Origin: a virus
Taxonomy: Duplodnaviria > Caudoviricetes
Direction: 5' to 3' (one strand)
Length of the DNA stretch: 28,602 bases
Virus record (IMG/VR): IMGVR_UViG_3300033067_002368
Coordinates: 1-28,602 of that record
The notes beneath the pieces were generated by a model. The model was not told the origin of the DNA. It ran no database searches and worked only from the letters and a program-made list of their open reading frames with translations. Every line of letters starts with the position of its first letter. Positions within the stretch are counted from its first letter, which is position 1. Of this stretch, positions 16,706 to 26,496 are shown piece after piece. Position numbers and translations under genes: made by a program.

Positions 16706-19645
16706 TTAAACTACTCTAAAAGGTATTGGAGATTGTGTGCAATCTGGATTTATTTTAGATATTTTCCAATTATTGTCTGCTATAAGAGAGCCAGTATTAG
16801 AAAATACTAAAACATCATTAATTAAAACATTTTTGTATAATTGTGTTGGGCTTAAAGATGGATAAGGATAACACGACATTGTTCCAAATATGTTTCCGCT
16901 TATACCTATATTATTATATTTGTTTTCTAAAAAATAAGAAACAGGAATATTATTATTAGAATTTATTTCCACATTCATATCACAAATATTAAAATCAGAA
17001 ATTGTATTAAATGTAATGGTTCCAAATGTTTTAACAGGTATTTTTACATTATGTAATTTAAATCTATATTTAAATTTATCAAATCTATTATAGGTAGAAT
17101 TATATCTATAATTAGATTGTAAAATTAATGATAAATTATTAAAATCAACTTCAGTATTATTGAAAAGTACAGATTGATGTGTTGGTATTTTTTTGTTTAA
17201 TATTATAACTTCTCTTGATCCCATATTTATAACCTCAAGAACCAAATTTGTTTTTGTTTCAATCTTTGTATTATTCCAAGAATTAAATAATTTAAATGGA
17301 TTTACTGCAATATAGGTACCGTTTATTTTTTCAAGAAGCATTTTAGACGAAATTTGATTTTGTTCAAATTGTGATTGTATTAATATTTCTCCAAAATAAG
17401 CATGACAATATTTTTCATTATAAGGACCAGCAGGAATTGTGCTTATTCCTACAGGAAGGGTGCTATTATTATCATAACAATCTTCAGAAACAATTTCTTT
17501 TGAAAATTTAATTATTGTGATTGATTTTTGAAAAAGACCGTGGTATTTTGATAAAATAGCCCCATTAAACAAAACCTTGCTTTCATTTAAATTTGATGCA
17601 TTTTGTGTACATTCATTTGTTTTGGTATTAAGTGTTGAAAATGCATTATATATTTCTGTTATTAAAAAATATTGATTAGTTCCAGATAATCCAGCATTAT
17701 ATATATTGAATATGTTTGGTTTAGATATTTGGAATTGATCAGGATTATATTCATCATATGCTAATGTAGCATTTTTTGGGTATGTTTTAGGTACATTAAT
17801 AAATTTAAAACTATATTTAGAATTTTCATAATAATAATTTTTCCAATCTGAATTTGCTGGTAAATCTAATATTATATCATCTGTAACAGAACTTAAATTT
17901 AATTTAATTACAAATGTATCTCCTGTGTTTATGACTTTATTGTTATAAAATATTTTTTCTCCAATATTTTTTATTTCAAAGTCACAATCAAAATCATCAG
18001 TTACATAATTTTGGCTTTTTCCAGGATTTCTGTATAAATCCAATGAATTTTTTTCTAAAATAATATTTCTATCAATAATGTCAGAAGAAATAAAAATTGA
18101 TTTAAAAATGCCAATATTTGCATTTTTGTTTATTGGTAAAACAAATCTTGTTGATAGTGGTAATGTCGAATCTTTTAGTGTTATTTTGATTTGTGGATAT
18201 GAGTTAGCATTAGATTGAGAAACTGGAATAATTCCAAGTGATGATTGAATTAAATCTAAGATAATAATTTCATTCTCTGAATATCCTACTTGTCCTTCTA
18301 AGTATATTTTAAATGTAACCGAATCAGCACTTAAAGGAACATCAATTTTTATTTCTGTTTTTTTTGATTTTGGTTCATTAAAACTAAAATCAAAAAAAAC
18401 CTTTGCAGTACTATTATCATTATGTCTAATGGTAATAGTTTCTCCAGGCACTGTTAATGGACTACTAAAATTAACTTTAAATGTTAAAATTGGAGGCGCA
18501 GATGCGTTAATTGTATTAAAAGTTGAAAAATATGGACTTGTATTATTTGGTGAATTTCCAAATAAAGGTCTATATGTTTCGTATGTATCAAATGTAAAGA
18601 AGGCAGTTACTGGAACATCATCACTATCTATGTATAAAATCATAGAATGATTCGAGTTAATATCTAATCTTGAATTTAATAATGGAACAATTCTAAATTG
18701 AATTTTTTCTACATTTTCTACTTGAAGATCGTTAATAATATTAAATTGTATATATTTTGTTTTTTCACCTATGCTCCAAGATAAAACTTGTTCATTAAAT
18801 TGAAAATCAGTTCCTAAAGAAGCATCAGTAAACAATTCGCCATATTTATCAATATTGTAATCTATTGTTATTTTAACTTTTTCTAATCCATATTTTGATG
18901 GTTCGTTCAATGTAACTGGTATTAGTAGTGTTGATTGATTGCTTTCATTAATTCTCATTTCTGAATTCTCAAAATATACTACTTGTGGTCCGTGAGGTTC
19001 TAAATTAAATTTAATCCAATGTTTATCAAAGAAAAAAGGAAAATTATTATTAATCGTTTCAATTTCATTATTATCGTTAAAGTCTGCGCTTTCTGTTCCA
19101 AACTCTACAAACTCACCATCTGAATCAAAAAAAATAAAAGGCAATGTAAATTGACCATATAATTCATTTGAAGAATCAAAAATTTCTATATTTATTTCTT
19201 TGTTTGAATTAAATTCATCCTTATTAATTTCAAAATGGAAAAAATAACATCCCTTATTGGTTCCGTAAATATTTTTGGTAAGATTACTATCGCTACTAAG
19301 TGGTTTAGTTAAAATATTAAATGAATATCCGGTTATTGCACCGGGATAATTATATGGAATAAAAATATTACTGTTGGTTGATGCTGATTTGTTATCAAGA
19401 TTTTTTATTTTAATGTTTAAATTTAAATTATCACAATGTCCATATCTTGATTCGACCATTCCATATAAACAAAATTTCAAAGAATTATTTCTTTCTTTAA
19501 TAAATTGATTTTGAAAATCAAAAGTATTATAAAGAAAATCTTTTTTTAAACTTTCTATTTCACGATTAAGCTCAATATTAATAAATTCATCAGTGTTTTG
19601 GTTTCCAATAAATTTATATTTTCCTAATATAATTTTTTCTTCCAT
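16706..19645 (-). CDS. Large virion protein with tandem Calx-beta domains and two C-terminal repeat domains
   Basis: 979 aa. VYFENSEMRINES..IPVTLNEPS..ASLGTDF..LSW..GEKTKYIQFNIIND.QVENVEKI is a typical Calx-beta pattern, and a second, degenerate copy follows. Confidence 0.75.
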   Translation of the reverse strand: MEEKIILGKYKFIGNQNTDEFINIELNREIESLKKDFLYNTFDFQNQFIKERNNSLKFCLYGMVESRYGHCDNLNLNIKIKNLDNKSASTNSNIFIPYNYPGAITGYSFNILTKPLSSDSNLTKNIYGTNKGCYFFHFEINKDEFNSNKEINIEIFDSSNELYGQFTLPFIFFDSDGEFVEFGTESADFNDNNEIETINNNFPFFFDKHWIKFNLEPHGPQVVYFENSEMRINESNQSTLLIPVTLNEPSKYGLEKVKITIDYNIDKYGELFTDASLGTDFQFNEQVLSWSIGEKTKYIQFNIINDLQVENVEKIQFRIVPLLNSRLDINSNHSMILYIDSDDVPVTAFFTFDTYETYRPLFGNSPNNTSPYFSTFNTINASAPPILTFKVNFSSPLTVPGETITIRHNDNSTAKVFFDFSFNEPKSKKTEIKIDVPLSADSVTFKIYLEGQVGYSENEIIILDLIQSSLGIIPVSQSNANSYPQIKITLKDSTLPLSTRFVLPINKNANIGIFKSIFISSDIIDRNIILEKNSLDLYRNPGKSQNYVTDDFDCDFEIKNIGEKIFYNNKVINTGDTFVIKLNLSSVTDDIILDLPANSDWKNYYYENSKYSFKFINVPKTYPKNATLAYDEYNPDQFQISKPNIFNIYNAGLSGTNQYFLITEIYNAFSTLNTKTNECTQNASNLNESKVLFNGAILSKYHGLFQKSITIIKFSKEIVSEDCYDNNSTLPVGISTIPAGPYNEKYCHAYFGEILIQSQFEQNQISSKMLLEKINGTYIAVNPFKLFNSWNNTKIETKTNLVLEVINMGSREVIILNKKIPTHQSVLFNNTEVDFNNLSLILQSNYRYNSTYNRFDKFKYRFKLHNVKIPVKTFGTITFNTISDFNICDMNVEINSNNNIPVSYFLENKYNNIGISGNIFGTMSCYPYPSLSPTQLYKNVLINDVLVFSNTGSLIADNNWKISKINPDCTQSPIPFRVV

Positions 19646-22600
19646 TATTTAAATCCATATTTAAAATTTCCACCATTAGGAGTGGTTTTTGTTGTTGTTA
19701 ACGGTACATCTTCCAAGTATATATATGGATTAGGTGTAGGTTTGTTTGTTCCGTCCCAATATGTGGTTACCCAATTGTTTGTTGCTACAGGAAAACTAAA
19801 TCCATAATTTGGCCAGTTACTCCATAAACAATATGCAAATCCATTTATTGCAACCTTTGGATTTGGTAAATCTATATTTAATAATGGTTGATCATTATTT
19901 ATATAATCATATAAATAAAAAAGAGGAGATATATATATTTCTCTTTTTGTTGAATCTTCTCCGTTTAAATTAATTATTGTAGGAATAACTTGCACTAAAT
20001 AATAATTTGGTATGTTTGATTCAATATCTGCTTTTTTATCAAATTGAATAACTCCTCCATAGGCAATATCACCAGTATTTGTTGCATAGCCTCCACCAGA
20101 ACTATAATCTGTTTGAATCGCCCAAAATGTTATTTCGTAAGATGCACTATCATAAGAATTTGTTTCTGAATTATATGAATTATTTGATGGTAAATTAAAA
20201 GAATAATCAGAATAAATTGCATCTTTAAAAAAGTAATTTGAGCCAGGTTCAATTTCTGCAACATCTGATCCAAATCCAATTGTTACTTTTGTTGTTCCTA
20301 AGTTTTTAATTAGTATTGGAGCGTTTGTAACTTTATAAAACTGTTTCGGTCCATCATCCCCACCTCCAGATTGTCCTATTGTTAACCATGTAGGAATGTC
20401 GGTTTTTCTCGTTCTTCTATTTTCTGCAATTAATGTTTGTAAATTTATTCGAATAAATTTTTCTGTTGGAGGAGGTAATCTTTTGGCTAATCTTTTAGGT
20501 TCAACTATTCTATAAATATCCAATGATCCAATTTTATACCAAGGAGCAGATGAATCCATTCTAATTAAAATATTTTCTCTTGATTTATATATCCCATCAA
20601 AATAACTCATAGGACCCCAATTTAATGATGTTGGAGGTGTATTTTTATTTTGATCTCCATCGCTCAATAAATCAACCCAACCACCATAAGTATTAATTCT
20701 TGGCCATCCTTCTGGTTTTAACCAATAAACATACCCACATTCAACTCTTTGCCATTTTTCTCCGTTTAATACATTTGATGTGGGTAAATTGTTAAGGATT
20801 CTTTTTGGATTATCAATTCCTGGTGTAAATCCATTTGACCATTGTGTTCCCCAAAAATTTTCTTTTTCATAAAGATAAACCCCATGAGTGGTTACTTCTC
20901 TTGCAAACATATTAAAATTTCCTGCTCCACCAATATTCTGACATCCATATCCTGAAGATTTAATTTCTTCAGCAACAAAATGTCCTGGATAATCACCATC
21001 TAAAAATATTGGGTCTTCTGGAGTTGTTGCCCATCCTTTTTCTCCATTTGAAGAAGTTATATATTGTTTTGATGTGTTAAAATTACTTGGAGGTTTGGGT
21101 ATATTATATGGCTCAGGATAATTAATTGACCAAGGTTTTTCATATGGCCAAACACCTAATTTACCTACTGGTTTAATAATATTTTGATTTCCATAATCTG
21201 CATTTTTATTTAAATCAAAATGATTTCGTCCAATAGGTCCTGTTGAAAACCACTCTCTTTCAAATCCTGTAGATTTATATGCATAATCTTGGTTTCCATA
21301 ATACATTTTAAATTGATAAGATGCTAACCAAACTCCTTTTTCTCCATTACTGTTTATTCCGTTTGGGTCGTATAGATTAGCTGGTAATTTAAAATAATTA
21401 AAGTTTGTACTTGTAAATTCTACTTTGTTCTTTTTTTGTTTAAACTCTCCTGTCCATTCATGTGCTTGATCTAAATTTCTATCATATACATCTGCAATTT
21501 CTACAACTTCTACTTTTGGTCTAACATTAAAGTCAAACGGTTTGGTCATATCTCTAATGTCAACAGTTATTGGAGTTGTAATTCCATCAGCAAACATTTC
21601 TTCTATTGTTTTATTTTTATAAGCAATTGGAGAAATAGCATATGTTGCCCATTTCCTTAAATCAAGATTTACTTTTAAGTTTATTTCTGTGTAACCAGTT
21701 TGATTACTCCCCCAAGAAGGGACAATATTTATAGGAATTTGTCTAAAAAAATAATGCGGTATTTTATCAATATTTGGATTATCTTCTGTTGGATAAGAAA
21801 AAAAATTTAAAGCAACTTCATCGGATGTTAATCCTTGTTTAAGTATGTTTACTTCATACATAAAGGTTTGTTCACCGATTGGTATATTATGAAGAATAAA
21901 TTCTCCGTTTTCATTGGTAATAGCAGTATGTTTATACATTTCTGGTATATTATCAATGGTGCTTGTATCTTTCAAATAGTTATAATCAAACAAGAAAGAA
22001 TCTTTATCAAAATATGGACTATAATTATTTTTTAAATTTAATGCTATGTTTTCTTTAATATGTAAAGCAATTCTATTACCATTTTCATCTAAAGAGGTAA
22101 TTTGAGGATATTGTTCTGATGAATTAAAAATAGCAACTATAGTATTTTTGAGTGGAATAATTATTTTTTCGCCATTTTCATCTGCTATGTTTTGTATAGC
22201 AGTTAATCTTCCAAATAAAACACCAGTATCTGAGTTTTGATCAGGATATTCATTAATTGGTTTATTATATATATTTAAAGTATCTAAACTATCAATAGTT
22301 CTATTTATAGATAAATTTATAAACATATCATTTATTTCAACATCTTCAAATTCTACATATGTAATCAATCCAGATGTATTACCACTCATTAAACCCAAAG
22401 AGCGCAAATATTGTTTTTCAATATTATTGAAATATCTTTTTTGTATTTTTTCTTTAGTGTTTTGGTTAATCAGGCTCTTTTCTTCAAAAATAACACTTCC
22501 TTCATAAAATGTGTTTCCGGATGTATATTCAAAAATATTATTTTCATTTCTTTTCGTGATTATGTCTAAATAATTTTCTACAATTTTTTTAGAACCATTG

Positions 22601-22722
22601 GGTGAAACCAAAAGATATGCTAATTCACCGCCAGATTCTGTTTGTCCAGAAAAGGTGGTGAAATATTTAATTCTTGTACCAATTTTTTTGGTCTCTAATT
22701 TTATTTCTTCTTTTTTTAGCAT
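19645..22722 (-). CDS. Large virion protein with a carboxypeptidase-regulatory-like/transthyretin-like domain
   Basis: 1025 aa with GVLFGRL..IPLKNTIVAIF..TAITNENGEFILHNIPIGEQT. TAATG coupled to the 979-aa gene. Confidence 0.7.
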   Translation of the reverse strand: MLKKEEIKLETKKIGTRIKYFTTFSGQTESGGELAYLLVSPNGSKKIVENYLDIITKRNENNIFEYTSGNTFYEGSVIFEEKSLINQNTKEKIQKRYFNNIEKQYLRSLGLMSGNTSGLITYVEFEDVEINDMFINLSINRTIDSLDTLNIYNKPINEYPDQNSDTGVLFGRLTAIQNIADENGEKIIIPLKNTIVAIFNSSEQYPQITSLDENGNRIALHIKENIALNLKNNYSPYFDKDSFLFDYNYLKDTSTIDNIPEMYKHTAITNENGEFILHNIPIGEQTFMYEVNILKQGLTSDEVALNFFSYPTEDNPNIDKIPHYFFRQIPINIVPSWGSNQTGYTEINLKVNLDLRKWATYAISPIAYKNKTIEEMFADGITTPITVDIRDMTKPFDFNVRPKVEVVEIADVYDRNLDQAHEWTGEFKQKKNKVEFTSTNFNYFKLPANLYDPNGINSNGEKGVWLASYQFKMYYGNQDYAYKSTGFEREWFSTGPIGRNHFDLNKNADYGNQNIIKPVGKLGVWPYEKPWSINYPEPYNIPKPPSNFNTSKQYITSSNGEKGWATTPEDPIFLDGDYPGHFVAEEIKSSGYGCQNIGGAGNFNMFAREVTTHGVYLYEKENFWGTQWSNGFTPGIDNPKRILNNLPTSNVLNGEKWQRVECGYVYWLKPEGWPRINTYGGWVDLLSDGDQNKNTPPTSLNWGPMSYFDGIYKSRENILIRMDSSAPWYKIGSLDIYRIVEPKRLAKRLPPPTEKFIRINLQTLIAENRRTRKTDIPTWLTIGQSGGGDDGPKQFYKVTNAPILIKNLGTTKVTIGFGSDVAEIEPGSNYFFKDAIYSDYSFNLPSNNSYNSETNSYDSASYEITFWAIQTDYSSGGGYATNTGDIAYGGVIQFDKKADIESNIPNYYLVQVIPTIINLNGEDSTKREIYISPLFYLYDYINNDQPLLNIDLPNPKVAINGFAYCLWSNWPNYGFSFPVATNNWVTTYWDGTNKPTPNPYIYLEDVPLTTTKTTPNGGNFKYGFK

Positions 22723-22758
22723 GTCTTAATATAATAAAACCAATATTAATGTAAGTAA

Positions 22759-24183
22759 TTATTTAAATTTATTAACTACACTAAAATTAATTTTTTCAGA
22801 AAGCATTTTGTGTGTTCCGAGATCGTGTATTTTAAAATAAATTTGATAATTTTGATTTGTTAACAACCAAGAGGTGTCTAAATCGAAAAATGATTTATGT
22901 ATTCCATTAATTGTTGAAGAATTTGCAAATGTCCAAGGAATTAATTCTAAATTTCCATTCATCATTAATTTATATTCTAATCCAAAATCTATTGATGGCC
23001 TATTTTGACTATAATTAACTCTTGCATCTATATATATTCTCAATGTTTCATCATTTGACAATATTGCATTATTATCTAATCCGTAAGTGGTTATAACATA
23101 ATCATTTACATCTCTTTGATTTGAATAGTAATAATTATCTTTAATTTCGAATTGTTGAGTTATATCTTGTTGATCATATGGTGGATTAAAGCTTATGCCA
23201 TTCCAAACGTCTTTATATTTTTGTCCTTTTGTTGCTCCGCTCATCCAAATATCTACATAATACGTTCCTTTGCATAGTTGATTTATTGGTAATCCTGTAT
23301 AAATATTTGTATTTGATGAATTTTTTATCGTTACAGTACCGGCAGAGTAAAAGTTTGTCGGAGTATTCCCGCTAAATAAATATAAAAATAACCTACTTAC
23401 TCTATTGTTTGTGACTTGATTTCTATCATCTCTTATTGTTTGATTATAATTTACTTCAATAAATGGTTTAAAGGCCGAATTTGTATGATGTGTATAAAAA
23501 GAAGTTATATATCTTGTATCAGAACTTATTAATTCATAAGTTCTACTAAATGCAATGCCTAATCCATAATTGGTATATGTTCCAGTTAGCCAATCATTAA
23601 CAATGTCTGTAATATCAATATCTAAATCTTCATCACCACGTTCAAAATGCTGAATTCCATAATTTGGTGTAGATGCGGTTGGGTTTATAAATATTCCAGG
23701 CTCAGTCCAAGAGGAAGTAGTTGTTGCTGAATTCCAGTTACTATATCCGGTATAGTCAACTTGACCATATGACTTAACCATATAGCTTTGTTTTCCTAAA
23801 TCATATCCTCTTCCTTCATCCCAAAATTTATCAATTGGAAAAGCAATTAAGTCAAAAGATTGAGCAATTTGCTTAAATAATGGATTAACTTGATATTCTT
23901 TTGTTAATTCTTTATCCGAAGGAATTGCATTGTACATCTTTAGTTTATAAGACGTTACATTTCCAGACATAATTTGTTTTGATGTTATTTTTGTTGTAAA
24001 TTCAGATAAATCAAAATATATAAGATGTCTACTAATACTGTTTTCTCTATAAATATTATTATAGAAATAACCACCACCATACCACAAATTGGCAATTTGA
24101 TTTTGTGATGAATTATAGTGTTCAAATAAAGAAGAAGATGCTATTCCGTTTTCTTTTGTTGGATATATTCTAAATACGCTCAT
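22759..24183 (-). CDS. DNRLRE/CBM96-like domain virion protein (474 aa, start revised to MSVFRIYP)
   Basis: Pattern SRHLIYFDLS..LKMY..WDEG..NW....W..PG..IDITDIVNDWL.G...NYGL...F.T....P.IEVNY. The track start at 24282 overlaps the gp25 gene and both promoter motifs, so 24183 is preferred. Confidence 0.75.
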   Translation of the reverse strand: MSVFRIYPTKENGIASSSLFEHYNSSQNQIANLWYGGGYFYNNIYRENSISRHLIYFDLSEFTTKITSKQIMSGNVTSYKLKMYNAIPSDKELTKEYQVNPLFKQIAQSFDLIAFPIDKFWDEGRGYDLGKQSYMVKSYGQVDYTGYSNWNSATTTSSWTEPGIFINPTASTPNYGIQHFERGDEDLDIDITDIVNDWLTGTYTNYGLGIAFSRTYELISSDTRYITSFYTHHTNSAFKPFIEVNYNQTIRDDRNQVTNNRVSRLFLYLFSGNTPTNFYSAGTVTIKNSSNTNIYTGLPINQLCKGTYYVDIWMSGATKGQKYKDVWNGISFNPPYDQQDITQQFEIKDNYYYSNQRDVNDYVITTYGLDNNAILSNDETLRIYIDARVNYSQNRPSIDFGLEYKLMMNGNLELIPWTFANSSTINGIHKSFFDLDTSWLLTNQNYQIYFKIHDLGTHKMLSEKINFSVVNKFK

Positions 24184-24199
24184 TTTTATTGGCTTTTTC

Positions 24200-24248
24200 A
24201 TAAATAGATAATCAAAAAAATGCTTGTTTTTTTTAGTTGTATATTTAT
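24200..24248. promoter_or_regulatory. Divergent pair of TATTTAT candidate late promoters
   Basis: ATAAATA at 24200-24206 (TATTTAT on -, 16 nt before ATG 24183) and TATTTAT at 24242-24248 (+, 6 nt before ATG 24255). Confidence 0.65.
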
Positions 24249-24254
24249 TAAGTA

Positions 24255-24638
24255 ATGAGAAGTCTCGGTATATTATTCCCAATTAAAGAATCTATTGACG
24301 GAGGGGTTTTTAAATCTTCTGTTTCGACAAATGAGGCAGTTAAGTCAGATATGATTGCTTTATTAACTCTTAGAAAATATCAAAGAGTAATGCAAAGTAG
24401 AATGTATAGTCCAATATATGATTATATTTTTGAACCCTTAGATGATATTACTAAAGATGAATTAAATCAAAAAATAAAAGAAAAAGTAAAAGAATTTATA
24501 CCTCAGGTTGAAATTAAAAGAATAGTATTTACTCAAAAGGAACAAGAAAACTTTCTTTCAATAAAAATAGTATATACAATTATTGATTTTTTAAATTTAG
24601 ATGAGACATTAACATTAGAAATTCCAACTCAATTTTAA
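24255..24638 (+). CDS. Baseplate wedge subunit / sheath initiator (T4 gp25/GPW-like)
   Basis: Pattern GILFP..AVKSDMIALLT.RK.QR.M......IYDYIFEPLD...IKE.V.EFIPQVEI, directly upstream of a gp6-like gene. Confidence 0.9.
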   Translation: MRSLGILFPIKESIDGGVFKSSVSTNEAVKSDMIALLTLRKYQRVMQSRMYSPIYDYIFEPLDDITKDELNQKIKEKVKEFIPQVEIKRIVFTQKEQENFLSIKIVYTIIDFLNLDETLTLEIPTQF

Positions 24639-24642
24639 TTAA

Positions 24643-26496
24643 ATGGCAGATTTAGGTAAAAGTCAAAATTATTTAAACAGAGATTATCAATCAATTAGAT
24701 CGGATTTGATGAATCTTTTAAAAGTTCATTATCCAGACCAATTTCAGGATTTTAATTCTGCAAGTATTGGCATGTCTTTGGTTGAATTAATGGCTTATGT
24801 ATCTGATATTTTATCATATAATACTGATAAAAGATTTAATGAAATGTTTTTAGATGGAGTAACCGAACGTTCGGCTGTCTTTAGATTGGCCAAAACATTT
24901 GGTTATAGTCCGGTTGGTTATAGACCTGCTATGTCTATTGCTGATATTGAAATTGAAGTTCCTCCTACTGCGGATGGTCCGGACACATCTTATCTTCCTG
25001 TTTTTAGACCCGGTGTACAAGTTAAGGGTGCTGGACAAGTCTTTGAGACAGTAAATGAGTGTGATTTTTTCTCTGATTATTCTGAAGATGGAGTTGCAAA
25101 CAGAAAAATCTTGCCTGTTTTTAATGCAAATCAGGATATTTTAAGATATAGAATTATAAAAAGAGAAAAAGTTAAAGCTGGTTTTACTACTATTTATAAA
25201 AAAGAAATTTCTGCAAGCGAGGCTTCTACTCCTTTTTTTCAGATTACATTGCCTGAAAATAATGTTTTAGAAATTATTAGCATTATTTGCAAGCCATCTG
25301 TTGGTCTATTTTCACCTCCAACATTCTCTGAATTTAATGATCCAACTATTAAATATTTTGAGGTTGATGACTTAGCTCAAAAACAAGTATTTTTAAGCGA
25401 TGACACCCAGCCAACTGTAAATGGTATTAGTAGTGGTAGATTTGTAGATGTTCCACAAAGATTTATAAAAGAATTTATGGCTGATGGTACATGTAAAATT
25501 ACATTTGGTGGTGGGACTGCAGATTACGATGCTTATGAGACGTATTTGGCTAATATAGCCATAAACGATAGCAATATTGAGCTGGCAGATGTATTTAATA
25601 ATAATGCCCTCGGTGTTAAATTGCCAGCCAATTCTACTTTATATGTTCAGTATAGGGTTGGTGGTGGTTCACTATCTAATGTGGGTGCAAATATACTACA
25701 ACAGATAGGAAATGTTGATGCTGTTTTTGTTGGAACGGATTCTACTATACAACAATCAGTTATTAATAGTGCAAGAGCAACAAATCCATTGCCAGCAATA
25801 GGTGGGGGAGACCTACAAACAGTAGAGGAAATAAAATATTTAATAGCATCTAATTTTGCAGCTCAAAAAAGATGTGTAACATTGCAAGATTACATATCAA
25901 GAGCATATCAATTGCCTGGAAAATATGGTACTCCATTTAGAATTCATGGAAAAGTAGAGGATAATAAAGTTAAATTATATATTTTGACTAAAGATGCCAA
26001 TGGTAAAGTTGGGACAAAATCAACAAGTGTAATAAAAAATAATCTTGTAGAATATATGATTCCTTATAGAATGATAAATGATTTTGTTGAGATTAATGAT
26101 GGAAAAGTAATTGATCTTCAAATAGAAGTTGACTTATTTGTTGATAAAACATATAATTCTAATGAAGTTAAGGTTAATACTATTAATATGATTAAAGATT
26201 TTATGAATATAGATAAATGGCAAATGAATCAACATATATATATCTCTCAAATTGTTGATGCTATTCGTGAAATTCCAGGAATTATTAACGTTGTAGATAT
26301 TAGATTTTATAATATGGAAGGCGGAATTTATAGTAACACTTTAATTTCTCAGGCTACTGGTCAAAGAGAAAATATTTTACATACTGGAGTTTATAGAACA
26401 AGAATAGAACCAATTAGTAATGCTATTTTTTCAACTCCGGTTTCTATGTTTCAAATTAGATTATCAGAATCTGATATTTTAGTAAGAACAAGTTAA
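24643..26496 (+). CDS. Baseplate wedge protein (T4 gp6 / baseplate J-like)
   Basis: 617 aa with YLNRDYQSIR..DF..AS.G..LVELMAYV.DILSY..D..LAK.FGY, ITFGGG, YRVGGG..SN, GG.D..TVEEIK and AQKRCVTLQDY. Confidence 0.92.
   Translation: MADLGKSQNYLNRDYQSIRSDLMNLLKVHYPDQFQDFNSASIGMSLVELMAYVSDILSYNTDKRFNEMFLDGVTERSAVFRLAKTFGYSPVGYRPAMSIADIEIEVPPTADGPDTSYLPVFRPGVQVKGAGQVFETVNECDFFSDYSEDGVANRKILPVFNANQDILRYRIIKREKVKAGFTTIYKKEISASEASTPFFQITLPENNVLEIISIICKPSVGLFSPPTFSEFNDPTIKYFEVDDLAQKQVFLSDDTQPTVNGISSGRFVDVPQRFIKEFMADGTCKITFGGGTADYDAYETYLANIAINDSNIELADVFNNNALGVKLPANSTLYVQYRVGGGSLSNVGANILQQIGNVDAVFVGTDSTIQQSVINSARATNPLPAIGGGDLQTVEEIKYLIASNFAAQKRCVTLQDYISRAYQLPGKYGTPFRIHGKVEDNKVKLYILTKDANGKVGTKSTSVIKNNLVEYMIPYRMINDFVEINDGKVIDLQIEVDLFVDKTYNSNEVKVNTINMIKDFMNIDKWQMNQHIYISQIVDAIREIPGIINVVDIRFYNMEGGIYSNTLISQATGQRENILHTGVYRTRIEPISNAIFSTPVSMFQIRLSESDILVRTS

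Noticed and set aside
24184-24282. 33-aa N-terminal extension of the 507-aa ORF
   Set aside because: It overlaps the gp25 start and both divergent promoter motifs; ATG 24183 is the better start.
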